The notes beneath the pieces were generated by a model, which was not told the DNA's origin, searched no databases, and saw only the letters and a program-made list of their open reading frames with translations. Shown here piece after piece: positions 1 to 9,959 of a stretch of DNA of 64,000 bases. The translations under genes and the position numbers were made by a program. The DNA lies in NCBI GenBank assembly GCA_963811105.1, contig CAWEPZ010000008.1:7672-71671 (forward strand). The letters run 5' to 3'. Source of the stretch: Candidatus Bathyarchaeota archaeon (GTDB lineage: Archaea > Thermoproteota > Bathyarchaeia > Bathyarchaeales > Bathycorpusculaceae). Every line of letters begins with the position of its first letter. Within the stretch, counting starts at the first letter, position 1.

Positions 1-3
1 AAA

Positions 4-603
4 ATGGGGTTGGCAACGAGTGCCTCAGAGGAGCTCAGCGAATCTGTGGCACTTTTAGATAAAATCAGTATGGATAATTCGCCCCAAAAACTAGCGGTAG
101 AGAACCCGGCCAAAACCTTAGCCCTCAACGTTGGTCAAACTGCTCCTGTGGTTTATGGGTTTGGAGTTTATCGCAGTGTAGCCATGCGAATTAAGCAGCA
201 GTTTAATGAGAACAGCAAGATTCCGGCAAAATGGGAGGTTTTCTCTGAACTTAACCATAATGAGATTATTGGGTGGGAAAAAGTCGGGAAATTGGGCAAA
301 TGCTTCTCTACTATTTTTATAAGGGATAGGCTAGAAGAGCCGGTTGAGATTCGATGCAGAATCCAAATCACAAAAGAACTTATCGAAAAAGCAGGCTTAA
401 GTCAATTTGAAATCCAGGTTCAAGGTAAGTGTCCTTTGGCAAAGATGCTGTCAACCGTTTGCGTCGGCGACTTCACAAGCGTCTACTTGGCAGTTCTGCG
501 TGGGGTTGACCCAACTCCTGTTAGAACTATAAACTATCTGAAAGATACACTCAAACAAAACGGCGTGAAAGAAAAAATATTGAGCGAATTGGCTAATCTT
601 TAA
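4..603 (+). CDS. Bifunctional phosphoglucose/phosphomannose isomerase, C-terminal part (5' end outside window)
   Basis: FSELNHNEIIGWE and GDFTSVYLAVLRGVDPTPV motifs of the archaeal PGI/PMI C-terminal SIS domain. Confidence 0.88.
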   Translation: MGLATSASEELSESVALLDKISMDNSPQKLAVENPAKTLALNVGQTAPVVYGFGVYRSVAMRIKQQFNENSKIPAKWEVFSELNHNEIIGWEKVGKLGKCFSTIFIRDRLEEPVEIRCRIQITKELIEKAGLSQFEIQVQGKCPLAKMLSTVCVGDFTSVYLAVLRGVDPTPVRTINYLKDTLKQNGVKEKILSELANL

Positions 604-1670
604 GCGTTTTCAGCTATGAACTTTGCGAATTCTTTTTCGGCAGTTTCCAGTGACATTATTTGTGGTGGACGTTTAAATCCGTAAGCGCAAACTTGTTCTA
701 CCGCACCTTTAAGTTTCCTGTTCAAAGCCAGTTTTACAGCGCGAACCACATCAAAGAGAACGCTGCCAGCGTTTGGTGCATCAACGGTTTGAAATTTGAG
801 GTCAATCTTCATTGGCGCGTTACAAAAGTACACGCCGCTTATCCAGAAATAACTATCACGTTTGTTCTGCAGAAAATCAACATAATCCGTCGACCCTGCC
901 ACAATTTCAGCCTTGTACGGTAACGATGCAGCAACCGATTCCGTTTTTATGCTTCTTTTTGCATCACGACTGCGGTCCATGGTATCCATGGATTCTGTTC
1001 CTCCGCCAACATCCAGCTGATAAGTCTCATCAATTTTTACCCCGTTATCTGAAAGAAGCTTTAGCAGAGTTTTGTGCAACGCAGTTGATCCAACCTGATC
1101 CACCAAGTCGTCACCGATAAGCGGAAGGTTCGCATCAGTGAACCGTTTAGCCCACGCTACATCGCTTGCAATAAAGTTTGGCGTAGCATTTACAAAAGCA
1201 CATCCTGCTGCCAAAGCTTGTTCAGCATACCATTGAGAAGCTTTCAAAGCTCCACTGGGCAATAAACTAATCATTACTTCAGCGCCAGCTTCCCTGAGAA
1301 CTTCCGCAACATTCGCATCAGGTGCATTGCAGACCTGAACAATGGCTTTACTTGATCTACCTAAACCGTCAAGCAATGGTCCCTTACTAACTCTAACGTC
1401 CATCGAAGGCACGTTGGATACTTTTGGTGCATTATTTGGCAGAGCAAAAATAGCTTCGGAGAGGTCTTTTCCAACTTTTCGTTCGTCAACGTCAAAAGCA
1501 GCAACCACTGCTATGTCTTTTGGGCTTAAACCTGCCAAAATGGGGTTGCGCAGACCAACACAATCTTCCGCTTTGTTGAATTTAGCGTAATATTGGATGC
1601 CTTGGATGAAGGCTGAGGCGCAGTTTCCAACGCCGATTAATGCAACTTTTACTTTAGGCATTTGTGGCAC
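600..1670 (-). CDS. ino1: Myo-inositol-1-phosphate synthase
   Basis: GVGNCASA NAD-binding motif, FDVDERKVGKDLSEAI, GDDLVDQVG, QLDVGG and APNAGSV segments of archaeal/bacterial MIPS. Confidence 0.92.
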   Translation of the reverse strand: MPQMPKVKVALIGVGNCASAFIQGIQYYAKFNKAEDCVGLRNPILAGLSPKDIAVVAAFDVDERKVGKDLSEAIFALPNNAPKVSNVPSMDVRVSKGPLLDGLGRSSKAIVQVCNAPDANVAEVLREAGAEVMISLLPSGALKASQWYAEQALAAGCAFVNATPNFIASDVAWAKRFTDANLPLIGDDLVDQVGSTALHKTLLKLLSDNGVKIDETYQLDVGGGTESMDTMDRSRDAKRSIKTESVAASLPYKAEIVAGSTDYVDFLQNKRDSYFWISGVYFCNAPMKIDLKFQTVDAPNAGSVLFDVVRAVKLALNRKLKGAVEQVCAYGFKRPPQIMSLETAEKEFAKFIAENA

Positions 1671-1927
1671 CTTGTTTGGCTTCTTTATTTGCTATTGGAT
1701 TATAAAAAGTTACGCCGACGTTAACGCTCTTGGCAAAACGCTCTCGACAAGATGCTGATTTCGTTATTTCGGTAGTTGTTTGTTTTTTCTTTTCTTAGTC
1801 TGTGTATTCATGTAATAAGTGTTTTAAACAAAATTAGTTGCCTTTATGCAGAGGTTGACAGTGTTGATCTTCTTTTGATAAGGCTCCCAAAAAGAAAAAG
1901 AGGAATGATTTTTTGAAGTGTGCTGTT

Positions 1928-4429
1928 TTATGGGTGTTTTCGCAGGATTAATACGCCGACTATTGCGATTGCAATTATTATGGCGATTCCGACAGCAACT
2001 ATGTAGGTCATTAGGTCTGTTGTGGTTGCTAGGTTTAAAGGTGCAACTGTTGGTGTTGATGTTGTTTGTGGTGCTTGAACTACGCCTACTGCTGTTTCTG
2101 CCCATGAGCTGCCGTATGAGTCGTCGCCCATGAATGTTGCTGTAACAGTGTATTTGCCTGCAATGCTTGGAGCCCACATGTAGCTAAACGTGCCGCTCAC
2201 GTCGCTTGTGACATCTGCTATGTGCACGTAGTTGCTGTTAGGGTCAACAGCATCGATTGACACGGGAACACCTGTAACAGTAACGTTATTGGGTATCGGT
2301 TTTTGCATGTGCAAGTACTCCATCCATGTTGACATTGACGCTTTGGAAACGCATGCTTTGCCTTGCTGTGCCGGTGACTGATCTAAAACTGTGCCAGCGA
2401 TGATTACGCTTTGCCCCTGAGTTACAGCTGTTTGAGGCGCTGAAACTGTAGTTGCACTTTGTCCTTTGCCAAATACGTACATGTAGCCGTCATATGAACT
2501 GGCAGTTGTTAGATAGCCGTCAGCCGCTGCACCCGCGATCATAGGGTATGTTATGTTCCACAGTCCTTCCCCAGTAGTGGCATTAATGCAGTAGAATTTC
2601 CATCCTCTTGTCTCTGGTCTTGTGGGTGTATGCTCGGTGTTATGGATATAGAGCTTTCCATCAGCAACTATGCCGGGACCACGAAAAGAATAGATTTCTG
2701 AACCGTTAAGTGTGTATGGAGTTTCATATGGAATAGCTGGGGTAACGTAGCTCCAGACCTCTTTGCCTGTATTCCAGTCATAGGCGTGGACTCCGTCATA
2801 GTGAAATGCGTACAGCAAGCCGTAAGCTGAGGCTGCATAGTATCCATAGAAGCTGCCCCATGGATAACTTGTCTGTGGAGTTTCCCATAGCTCTTTGCCG
2901 CTATTCAGATCATAGCATCTCCATCCTTTATTCTCTATGGCATAGGCGTATTTTCCGTAGTCGGCAACTGCAGTGCCTGCGTTGAATGGTGTGTCTTGGG
3001 TTGTTATGTTCCATAACACTTGTCCTGTTTTCAAACTGAAGGCAACAAAGTTACCCCCTTCTACTTGTCCAAATATGAAGCGGTTCTGCTGAACAGCTAT
3101 GCCTGCGTTGAAATCGAAAGCTAAGTCTATGGTATTTAACTGCCATGTTATGTTGCTGACTATTCTTGAAGTGAAGTTGTCGCTGGTTCCGCTTGTAGTC
3201 CAGTTAATCAAACGGTAGCGCTGAGCACTTGCTGCTGCACCAAGATCCTGCAAGGTCAACACGAATGCATTGTTATGGAAGTACCTGTAGTCAGCGCCTG
3301 ATATGCCTGTTACGTTGCTTATTACGGCTCCAGTAAATGGATTAATGGTTATCAACCTGTCGCCTATTGACATAAGATAGGTTAGGACGGTTGCGGCTTC
3401 TCCAGCACCTGGTACTGCGGTGTCGACTCCTTTGATATATGAAATTCTTTGGGGCGTGACGCCTCCTTGCGCGATAGGTATTTCGTAGTAGATTTCTCCG
3501 GTCCGTAGATCGTAACACTGGGCTACGCTTCCAACGCCTGGCTTTGTCTCTGTTTGGTAGCATCTTCCAGCGTAGATTACACTGGGAGTTACGGGACTGT
3601 TAGTCGTGCTGTATTGTCCTCCTTCGCCTCCTATGATACCTGATAAGGCTCCTAGTCGTCTCCAGATGATGTGGGCAGTGTTTGGTGCTGTAATGAAGGG
3701 ACCATAATATCGTGGCGCGCGTCCTCGGCCAGCTCCGACTGCTCCGGGGTCATAGTACGCCCAAGGGAAGTTTCCTCCAATGATAGACCATTCTCTATTT
3801 TCAGGAGAAATTGGTCTGGTCCAGAAGTCGGTTGGAAGCGGAGAAAACCATGAAAGCACTGGGTCCTGCTGTACCGTGAGTGTTAGCTCTTTAGTTGAGG
3901 ATGGTGCGTAGTACTGTGAGGTTAGGTAGTTTGTGCCTGACGTATTCGTGATTAAGTATCCGCCGAGGTAATGGCCTGCAGGAAAATACTCACCTGGGAA
4001 TTCAAACTTGAGCTTCCATGTGCCAATTTGGTCGACTGTGTATTGAAACCAAGATGTTCCATCTGCGACATAAGAATCCAACGGGACGATGACGGTTGTG
4101 CCATCTGGCTTTGTGATTGTCACTTTGTAGCCTGCTAGAAATCGGTCAGCTGCTGGTGGGGGGGTAGTCCAAACGTTAACTAGGAGGGACTGGCTGATGC
4201 CTATGGGGTTAGGTGTGAAACTAAGATAGGGTACTGGGTTAAACGTGAAGTCAGCTGTAGTTCCAGCTGGTACTGTTGTTGGTCCTTTATAACCGCCAGG
4301 TACTCCACCATGTGGAGTCAAATCCTCGATTTGAGCTTTGACTGGCAATGCCATAAGCGTAACAGAAGTTATCATTAGAATCATAACGACTATTGCAGAT
4401 ATTTTTGATTTGTTCAACGAAAATTTCAT
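1928..4429 (-). CDS. Secreted, membrane-anchored PQQ-like beta-propeller surface protein
   Basis: Signal peptide ending VKA-Q; repeated (A/C)YD..TG..LW blades; T/P-rich linker, C-terminal TM helix and basic tail; paralogue of 46390-48993. Confidence 0.85.
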   Translation of the reverse strand: MKFSLNKSKISAIVVMILMITSVTLMALPVKAQIEDLTPHGGVPGGYKGPTTVPAGTTADFTFNPVPYLSFTPNPIGISQSLLVNVWTTPPPAADRFLAGYKVTITKPDGTTVIVPLDSYVADGTSWFQYTVDQIGTWKLKFEFPGEYFPAGHYLGGYLITNTSGTNYLTSQYYAPSSTKELTLTVQQDPVLSWFSPLPTDFWTRPISPENREWSIIGGNFPWAYYDPGAVGAGRGRAPRYYGPFITAPNTAHIIWRRLGALSGIIGGEGGQYSTTNSPVTPSVIYAGRCYQTETKPGVGSVAQCYDLRTGEIYYEIPIAQGGVTPQRISYIKGVDTAVPGAGEAATVLTYLMSIGDRLITINPFTGAVISNVTGISGADYRYFHNNAFVLTLQDLGAAASAQRYRLINWTTSGTSDNFTSRIVSNITWQLNTIDLAFDFNAGIAVQQNRFIFGQVEGGNFVAFSLKTGQVLWNITTQDTPFNAGTAVADYGKYAYAIENKGWRCYDLNSGKELWETPQTSYPWGSFYGYYAASAYGLLYAFHYDGVHAYDWNTGKEVWSYVTPAIPYETPYTLNGSEIYSFRGPGIVADGKLYIHNTEHTPTRPETRGWKFYCINATTGEGLWNITYPMIAGAAADGYLTTASSYDGYMYVFGKGQSATTVSAPQTAVTQGQSVIIAGTVLDQSPAQQGKACVSKASMSTWMEYLHMQKPIPNNVTVTGVPVSIDAVDPNSNYVHIADVTSDVSGTFSYMWAPSIAGKYTVTATFMGDDSYGSSWAETAVGVVQAPQTTSTPTVAPLNLATTTDLMTYIVAVGIAIIIAIAIVGVLILRKHP

Positions 4430-4526
4430 TTTTTCACCAAAATTTTAATTCCTTAATTTTTTTAGGAACGGTACCTTCTATGCAATGTCTTCTCATATAA
4501 GACTTTGCAAAATTGGATATTGTCTT

Positions 4527-4967
4527 GATACTAAGACCAAACAGATACTTGATATTGAGTATCTAAAGAAGACGTTGTTGATGGACGCATGTTTGGCAGG
4601 TTGGTTAAGAGTTCAAGTGGCGTTGCTAATGTAGTGAAAGTGATTGGTGATGGCGCTTATGAATTCTAAGTTAACTTTAGTTTGGTAAGCGAGTTGGATA
4701 TTGACTTTTGATTAGGGTGCACAAGAACGCTTCGTTTAAGCGTGGGGGTTGCATGCCGCGTAAGTTTGCTGTGTAAAGCAGTTTTGCAATGATGGATGGA
4801 GCCGTGAGAAGGGTTATGGGTATCGTTGGATGGTTGAGTCAGTGTTTTCTTCTTTAAAGCGGAAGTTTGGAGAGTTTATATGTGCGGTGAAGTGGCAACA
4901 CATAGTTAAGGAACTGCTGATAAAGTTTTTAATTTATAACCTGTTTATGAAAATGAACCTGAATTAG
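4527..4967 (+). pseudogene. IS5-family (ISH1/IS903-like) DDE transposase remnant, 5'-truncated
   Basis: Manual translation across frameshifts and stops: DTKTKQIL..EDVVDGRM..VKVIGDGAY..IRVHKNAS..GCMPRK..GYGYRWMVESVFSSLKRKFGE..YNLF (DGAY catalytic motif plus Y-2-R-3-E-6-K signature). Confidence 0.8.
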
Positions 4968-5224
4968 GCTTTTAATCTAAGTGAAGAGAAATGGTTCAAA
5001 ATACAAAATTAGCGAAAAATGGGTAACAATGCATTTATGATTTTTATTAAATATCGGGGAAATCGGTGTTTTCTCTCTATGAACCTTAGACCTTGGTGTT
5101 GTTTTTTGGGTGTTGTTAGTCGGTAGAATCTTTTTTATGGCTAAGCTTTGCTACTGGTCTCTTACTACATGTGAGATGTTATTTGTGTCCAAGCAAGCAA
5201 AATAAGTTCTCAAAGCCTTAGAAA

Positions 5225-5404
5225 ATGTTTCACCCGGAGAGCTTTGAAACTGCTGTTTCTACTACCATCGATGAAGACCGTGAGCTGATGAGTAGCGGTT
5301 TCACTTTTGTGACTGAAAGGAGCGGAATGAAACTTTGGCAGCGTCCTAAACGATTTGGGATTTGCAATAATAAACGCAAAAGTCCAATAAGAAACGCTTA
5401 TTAA
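5225..5404 (+). pseudogene. Isolated C-terminal tail of a tyrosine recombinase/integrase (59-aa ORF)
   Basis: MFHPESFETAVSTTIDEDRELMSSGFTFVTERSGMKLWQRPKR aligns by eye with the integrase tail at 38337-38522 (ATVDQAVKLVEVGFEYVTEMDGRKLFRKRK); ends 35 bp before tRNA-Ala. Confidence 0.55.
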
Positions 5405-5439
5405 ATGACGCGGATTAAACTTTAGAAGCCGTATGATTT

Positions 5440-5517
5440 GGGCGAGTAGATCAGTCTGGCATGATCGCCACGTTGGCATCGTGGAGGTCCCGGGTTCAAA
5501 TCCCGGCTCGTCCACCA
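5440..5517 (+). tRNA. tRNA-Ala(GGC), intronless, CCA encoded
   Basis: Acceptor GGGCGAG/CTCGTCC with the G3:U70 Ala identity pair and A73; anticodon arm CCACG-TTGGCAT-CGTGG; T arm CCGGG-TTCAAAT-CCCGG. Confidence 0.96.
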
Positions 5518-5950
5518 AAATCGAACTTCCACATTTTTGATATTATCCGCAACCGCCTAGCTGAAGATTGCAAGAAACAAAGCTTAAGCTGTACCGCTTT
5601 TGCGATTTAAAACACATTTTGCCGCTATGCCTTGTCAACGAATAAAGATATTTCTTTCGTCAAACAACAAGATGGAACCATAAACAGATGAATAACGATA
5701 TTCAATATGATGGCTGATTGGGGACGTTATAATCATATTTATGAAACTGACTCATCGCTGATAAAAACTCCGGTGTTTATTGAGCAAGTTTTGAATTTAT
5801 TTGTGGTTTAGAAGTCGCAAAACTGTTCCGTAAATCTAAGTTTCATAGATTCATTAATCCTTGTTTTCTAACAAAGCTTTTATGCATCATAAGTTGAATA
5901 TCGAACGGTTAGGGGTTCACTCCATTCATTCCTCAAGCTCTTGAAAAACA

Positions 5951-6007
5951 AATTAAGAAACCCTTAACCATGGCTCGTCTATATTAGATGAGCCATCACC
6001 CTTCTAT
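5951..6007 (+). repeat. Dispersed palindromic element, copy 1 (copy 2 at 39596-39653, opposite strand)
   Basis: aattaagaaacccttaaccATGGCTC-N13-GAGCCATcacccttctat; the flanks and palindrome arms differ from copy 2 at only 3 positions. Confidence 0.75.
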
Positions 6008-6105
6008 TATTGCTTTTTTGATTGGTTGACAGTAATAGAGTGCTTGACTTTGGCATAAGTCTTAAGTTGTTCAAAACCGTTGAGGCTTGAGGAATAAGAA
6101 AAGAA

Positions 6106-6411
6106 ATGGACTCTATTGCAATAGCTAATTTAGCTTTAGATTTAGCCAGCATAATTAATTTCACAGCCTTACTCCTGATGCTCAGGGCAGTTATCAAAAA
6201 CAGAAAAGTCCTTCGAGGCTACAGCATTATAGGCTCCTTCTTAACATTCGTGTCTATAGTTGGTTTTGAAGTAGCATACTATTTGCTTGGCAATATTGTT
6301 GGTTTTGCACTTGGATGGGCAACAGTTGCTTTTTGGTTCATAGCTTTTCTCTATAGCTTAAGGCAAAGATTGAAAGGTTCGGAAAAAGAGAAGGTAATGG
6401 TTGAGCCTTAA
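6106..6411 (+). CDS. Small 3-TM membrane protein (PQ-loop/SemiSWEET-like topology, tentative)
   Basis: 101 aa, three hydrophobic helices, basic loop after TM1. Confidence 0.6.
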   Translation: MDSIAIANLALDLASIINFTALLLMLRAVIKNRKVLRGYSIIGSFLTFVSIVGFEVAYYLLGNIVGFALGWATVAFWFIAFLYSLRQRLKGSEKEKVMVEP

Positions 6412-8105
6412 ATGGCTGGAAACTGGATTGTGAACTTAGCTCCTTTACCCTCTTGACTTTCAAAACTTATGGCCCCGCCGTGTGCCTCTATTACTCGTTT
6501 GCAAACAGCTAAGCCGAAGCCTTGCCCCCGTGGTTTTGTGGTGAACAGGGGGGTGAATATTTGTGGTTTAATTTTTTCGGGAATTCCCACTCCGTTATCC
6601 TCCACTGTAACAGATATTTGCCCTTGAGGATGGACCTTGGAAGTTAAGGTCAGTTTTCCACCATCAGGCATAGCTTGAACTGCGTTAGTTACGAGGTTGA
6701 TTAGAACTCGCTTCATGAGCAGTGAGTCAGTATTTATTTCCGGAAAATTATCTTCAATATACGTTTGTATTGCAACGTTAATTGGAATAGTTGCCGACGA
6801 TAAAACAGAGCCAACCAGTTCTTTTAGGTTAGTTAGTTTTTTATTTAGTTTGATAGGTTGCACAAACGCTTGCAAGTCGGAAACAATCTTGTCCATATAG
6901 ATTGCCTGCTCCTCTATTACATGGATGCTTTCTTGTAAATTGATTTTAGCTTCATTTTCAGGAAGCGAATTAATGTCAAAATTGGCTAAATATAATTCGC
7001 CCAGCATTGTTTGCAGTGGATTGCGAAGGTCATGTCCCACCATGCCTGCAGTTTGACCAATAGCTGCCAAACGTTCTGAATCTTTAAGCCGCTTTGTTCG
7101 TTCAGTGATAAGTTTCTCTAGAACTCCCGCATATTGTTCCAGTTTCTTTTGAAGCACCTTTTGATCTGAGATATCTCGGACTATTGACCATATTCCTACT
7201 GCTTTCCCTCTTTCATCAGTCAACCGCCATGTTCTAACTGAGGCTGGAAAAATTGAGCCGTCTTTTCTTTTGTATTCTCTCTCAAAAACAAATGAGTGCC
7301 CAGTTTGCAGTACTTTGTTGACTACCTCCTCCCGTTGATCATGCCATTTTTCAGGTAGTAGCTGCTGTACACTCATTTTTCTTAGTTCTTTTTTTGTGTA
7401 ACCAAGCATTTTTGCATAAGCTCGGTTGCAATCAATCATTCGACCCGTTATGTTTCGCGCCATGATTCCATCCTGAGTTGTCTCGTACAACCCGCGGTAA
7501 CGTTTTTCCGATAAGGCATGTTGCCTTTCTGCCTTTTTGCGTTCTGTTAAATCCATAAATGCTGAAATAACATAGCCTTTCTTGGGACTGTAAACATGAA
7601 CTTGATACCACTTATCCTGAACCTGAAAGTAAATCTCAGATTGCTCAGTTTTGCCCGACGTTGCTACTCTACTAAAAATGCCCAGATAGTTTACAAAAAT
7701 CTTTCTTATTTTAGGAGCGAATTTGGTAGCTTGCTTGAGAAGTATCTGTTCTCTCTTAACTCCAAATATGTCTTCAAATGATTGGTTTGCCTCAAGAACA
7801 ATAAAATCAATTGGATTACCTTTTTCATCATAGAGTATTTTGCTAAGGGCAATACCTCCATGTAGTAGATTAGAGAAAATATTTTGGAAATGCTTATTGT
7901 CTATTACGAAATCTTCAAGCAAATTGTCGTTTTGCAGCCTGTTTTCATCGCCATTTTGGTGATGAGAAGAGTTTTCTGAAGAACTTATCAAGGGAGATAT
8001 CTGTTTATCTGTCTTCGATTGAGCAAAATCGATAGACTCTTCTATCGTATTTACTCCCCTGCTCACTATTATGTTGAAGAGCATAAAAAATTTTCGGCAT
8101 ATCAC
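6408..8105 (-). CDS. PAS-domain sensor histidine kinase (true start may lie downstream)
   Basis: Two PAS/PAC domains; H-box GHDLRNPL; N-box NLVTNAVQA; G boxes DNGVGI and GQGFGL. Confidence 0.92.
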   Translation of the reverse strand: MICRKFFMLFNIIVSRGVNTIEESIDFAQSKTDKQISPLISSSENSSHHQNGDENRLQNDNLLEDFVIDNKHFQNIFSNLLHGGIALSKILYDEKGNPIDFIVLEANQSFEDIFGVKREQILLKQATKFAPKIRKIFVNYLGIFSRVATSGKTEQSEIYFQVQDKWYQVHVYSPKKGYVISAFMDLTERKKAERQHALSEKRYRGLYETTQDGIMARNITGRMIDCNRAYAKMLGYTKKELRKMSVQQLLPEKWHDQREEVVNKVLQTGHSFVFEREYKRKDGSIFPASVRTWRLTDERGKAVGIWSIVRDISDQKVLQKKLEQYAGVLEKLITERTKRLKDSERLAAIGQTAGMVGHDLRNPLQTMLGELYLANFDINSLPENEAKINLQESIHVIEEQAIYMDKIVSDLQAFVQPIKLNKKLTNLKELVGSVLSSATIPINVAIQTYIEDNFPEINTDSLLMKRVLINLVTNAVQAMPDGGKLTLTSKVHPQGQISVTVEDNGVGIPEKIKPQIFTPLFTTKPRGQGFGLAVCKRVIEAHGGAISFESQEGKGAKFTIQFPAI

Positions 8106-8193
8106 GATTGAATAGTCAGCTTTGCCATTATTTAGAGGAATTTTATGTGGCTATGAATAGATTCAGGCAGTTTTTTAAAAAAAATAAAAAAAA

Positions 8194-8967
8194 TTAAGCT
8201 TTAACTGCAGGATTTCCTGCAATCATATGCTTCTTTTTGAGTGCAATCAAGATAAGCGTTGTTGCTCCGATGAATATAGGCAGCGCAATAATTGGTGGGA
8301 ACTCGGGAGTGGGTACTGTTTGTGGATCCCATGGTGAAGATTTTAGAATCATCGTTACTTGGGTTGTGCCTGTATATCCGCTGACTGTGCCGCTATCTAT
8401 AGTTGATTCAGTTTCTTGTACTAATATGCCAGTTGCTTGATCAAAGTAGCGATCGGAACTTGAGGTAAGACCACTTGTTGCGTTAGTTACGCTTATGCTA
8501 ATTTGATTTGTCGGTCTGTTGTTGTTGCTGGGTAAGGCTATTGTGTTGTTGATGTAGATACCGTCTGATCCAAATGGATGAATAATTTGGCCCGCAACTA
8601 AGTTGCCGCCTATAATCGCGGGGAAACCAGCATCAGTTACTTCTCCTGTTTGGATATTTACTGTTCCTCTTCCGGCGTTGGGGTTTTCATTAAGATAGTA
8701 GGTTGCGCTGAAAGTTCTAACGTATGTATCATTGACATCGGACATTATGACTTCCATTGATATTGTTTGATTAACAGTTTGCAAGTCTGTTGGAATTGAA
8801 TCATAAGGATTGCTCGATTGCCAATTACTATACGTAGTATACCAGAATATATCACCAATTTTAACGCCAGGAATGACAGGGGTTTGAGCTGTTACTGTTT
8901 CTGCAAGGGTGACTGTAAATGCTGCAAAGCACAGAAGCAAAGTTAAGACAATTAATCCTTTCTTCAT
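8194..8967 (-). CDS. Secreted protein with PEF-CTERM-like sorting signal
   Basis: N-terminal signal peptide; C-terminal PEFPPIIALPIFIGATTLILIALKKK (PEF motif, TM helix, basic tail). Confidence 0.75.
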   Translation of the reverse strand: MKKGLIVLTLLLCFAAFTVTLAETVTAQTPVIPGVKIGDIFWYTTYSNWQSSNPYDSIPTDLQTVNQTISMEVIMSDVNDTYVRTFSATYYLNENPNAGRGTVNIQTGEVTDAGFPAIIGGNLVAGQIIHPFGSDGIYINNTIALPSNNNRPTNQISISVTNATSGLTSSSDRYFDQATGILVQETESTIDSGTVSGYTGTTQVTMILKSSPWDPQTVPTPEFPPIIALPIFIGATTLILIALKKKHMIAGNPAVKA

Positions 8968-9122
8968 AGATTTATCACTTTGCTTAACTTCACTTTCATC
9001 AGGGTTTTTATGCTTTTTCCCAAAACACCTCTAAAAAACTATCAGAAGCGGAGAGCAGGAAGTGTATTTTAGTTATTTTGGGCTTTTAACTTATTTGGAT
9101 GAAATAAACTTTATTTCTTTGC

Positions 9123-9959
9123 TTAATAGTCAATCCTAATTGTATAATAAAAAGTCTGACTATTAGGAGCTAAAGAATAGCTCAATCCCGCCCACGAAAA
9201 ACGGTTTCTTGTCTTCTCCCAACCTCTAAACAATGTTGCCCCAATCATTTTTTGGAGGCTAAATGCCACTTGCCCCTTTCCGCTCAGCATGAATGCTTGC
9301 CGCGCGGTTACGGCACCCCAACCACCAATTTTGTTTCCAACCAATTTTAAACCACTCGTGTCAGAATATTTGTCGAAAGAGGTTGAGCCTTGTTCGTTTA
9401 AGACCAAGAGCTCCTCACAACCGTTCATCATTACATTCGTGAAGTCAACGCTGATGTTTATGACATCTGGTTGGATTTCATAATTTACTGCTATCAACCC
9501 TCGAGGATTCACTTTCATGAATTCAGTTCTAATTTTCGCCAACTCTCTCAATTCCATGACTCTATTAAGAAGGGGTGAAAGCTCTTTGCGACTCAGATAA
9601 AACTTTGCGAATCTTTTTCGCAAAGACGAGTAAAGTTCATCATCTATATATTCACCCTGCCAAACTTTTTTTGAGATGACATCTAAAAGATAAACTTTCT
9701 TTATCAAAAAATTTGATTTATTTTTTTTAATTAATATTTCTGCGGTGCTTGAAAAGTAAGTTTTGTCCGAGTATTTTGCGACTGGCACACCAAAACCAAG
9801 CCCTTCTTCGATCAACTCATGGCCGTCCAGCATTAATACAAGCCCTTTTTGAAGGGCTGATGTTTCCATGCAATGAGGACGACAATCTGCGTATAGCCTC
9901 ACCGATAGCCGTGGAGTAAGCTTCACGGTAATTAGTTTTGAAAGATTAACCGAATGCAA
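9123..9959 (-). CDS. Hypothetical protein
   Basis: 278-aa uninterrupted ORF with globular composition; no family recognised. Confidence 0.65.
   Translation of the reverse strand: MHSVNLSKLITVKLTPRLSVRLYADCRPHCMETSALQKGLVLMLDGHELIEEGLGFGVPVAKYSDKTYFSSTAEILIKKNKSNFLIKKVYLLDVISKKVWQGEYIDDELYSSLRKRFAKFYLSRKELSPLLNRVMELRELAKIRTEFMKVNPRGLIAVNYEIQPDVINISVDFTNVMMNGCEELLVLNEQGSTSFDKYSDTSGLKLVGNKIGGWGAVTARQAFMLSGKGQVAFSLQKMIGATLFRGWEKTRNRFSWAGLSYSLAPNSQTFYYTIRIDY

Noticed and set aside
5210-5518. 102-aa ORF on the minus strand (MVDEPGFEPGTSTMPTW...)
   Set aside because: It is the antisense translation of tRNA-Ala and its upstream region.
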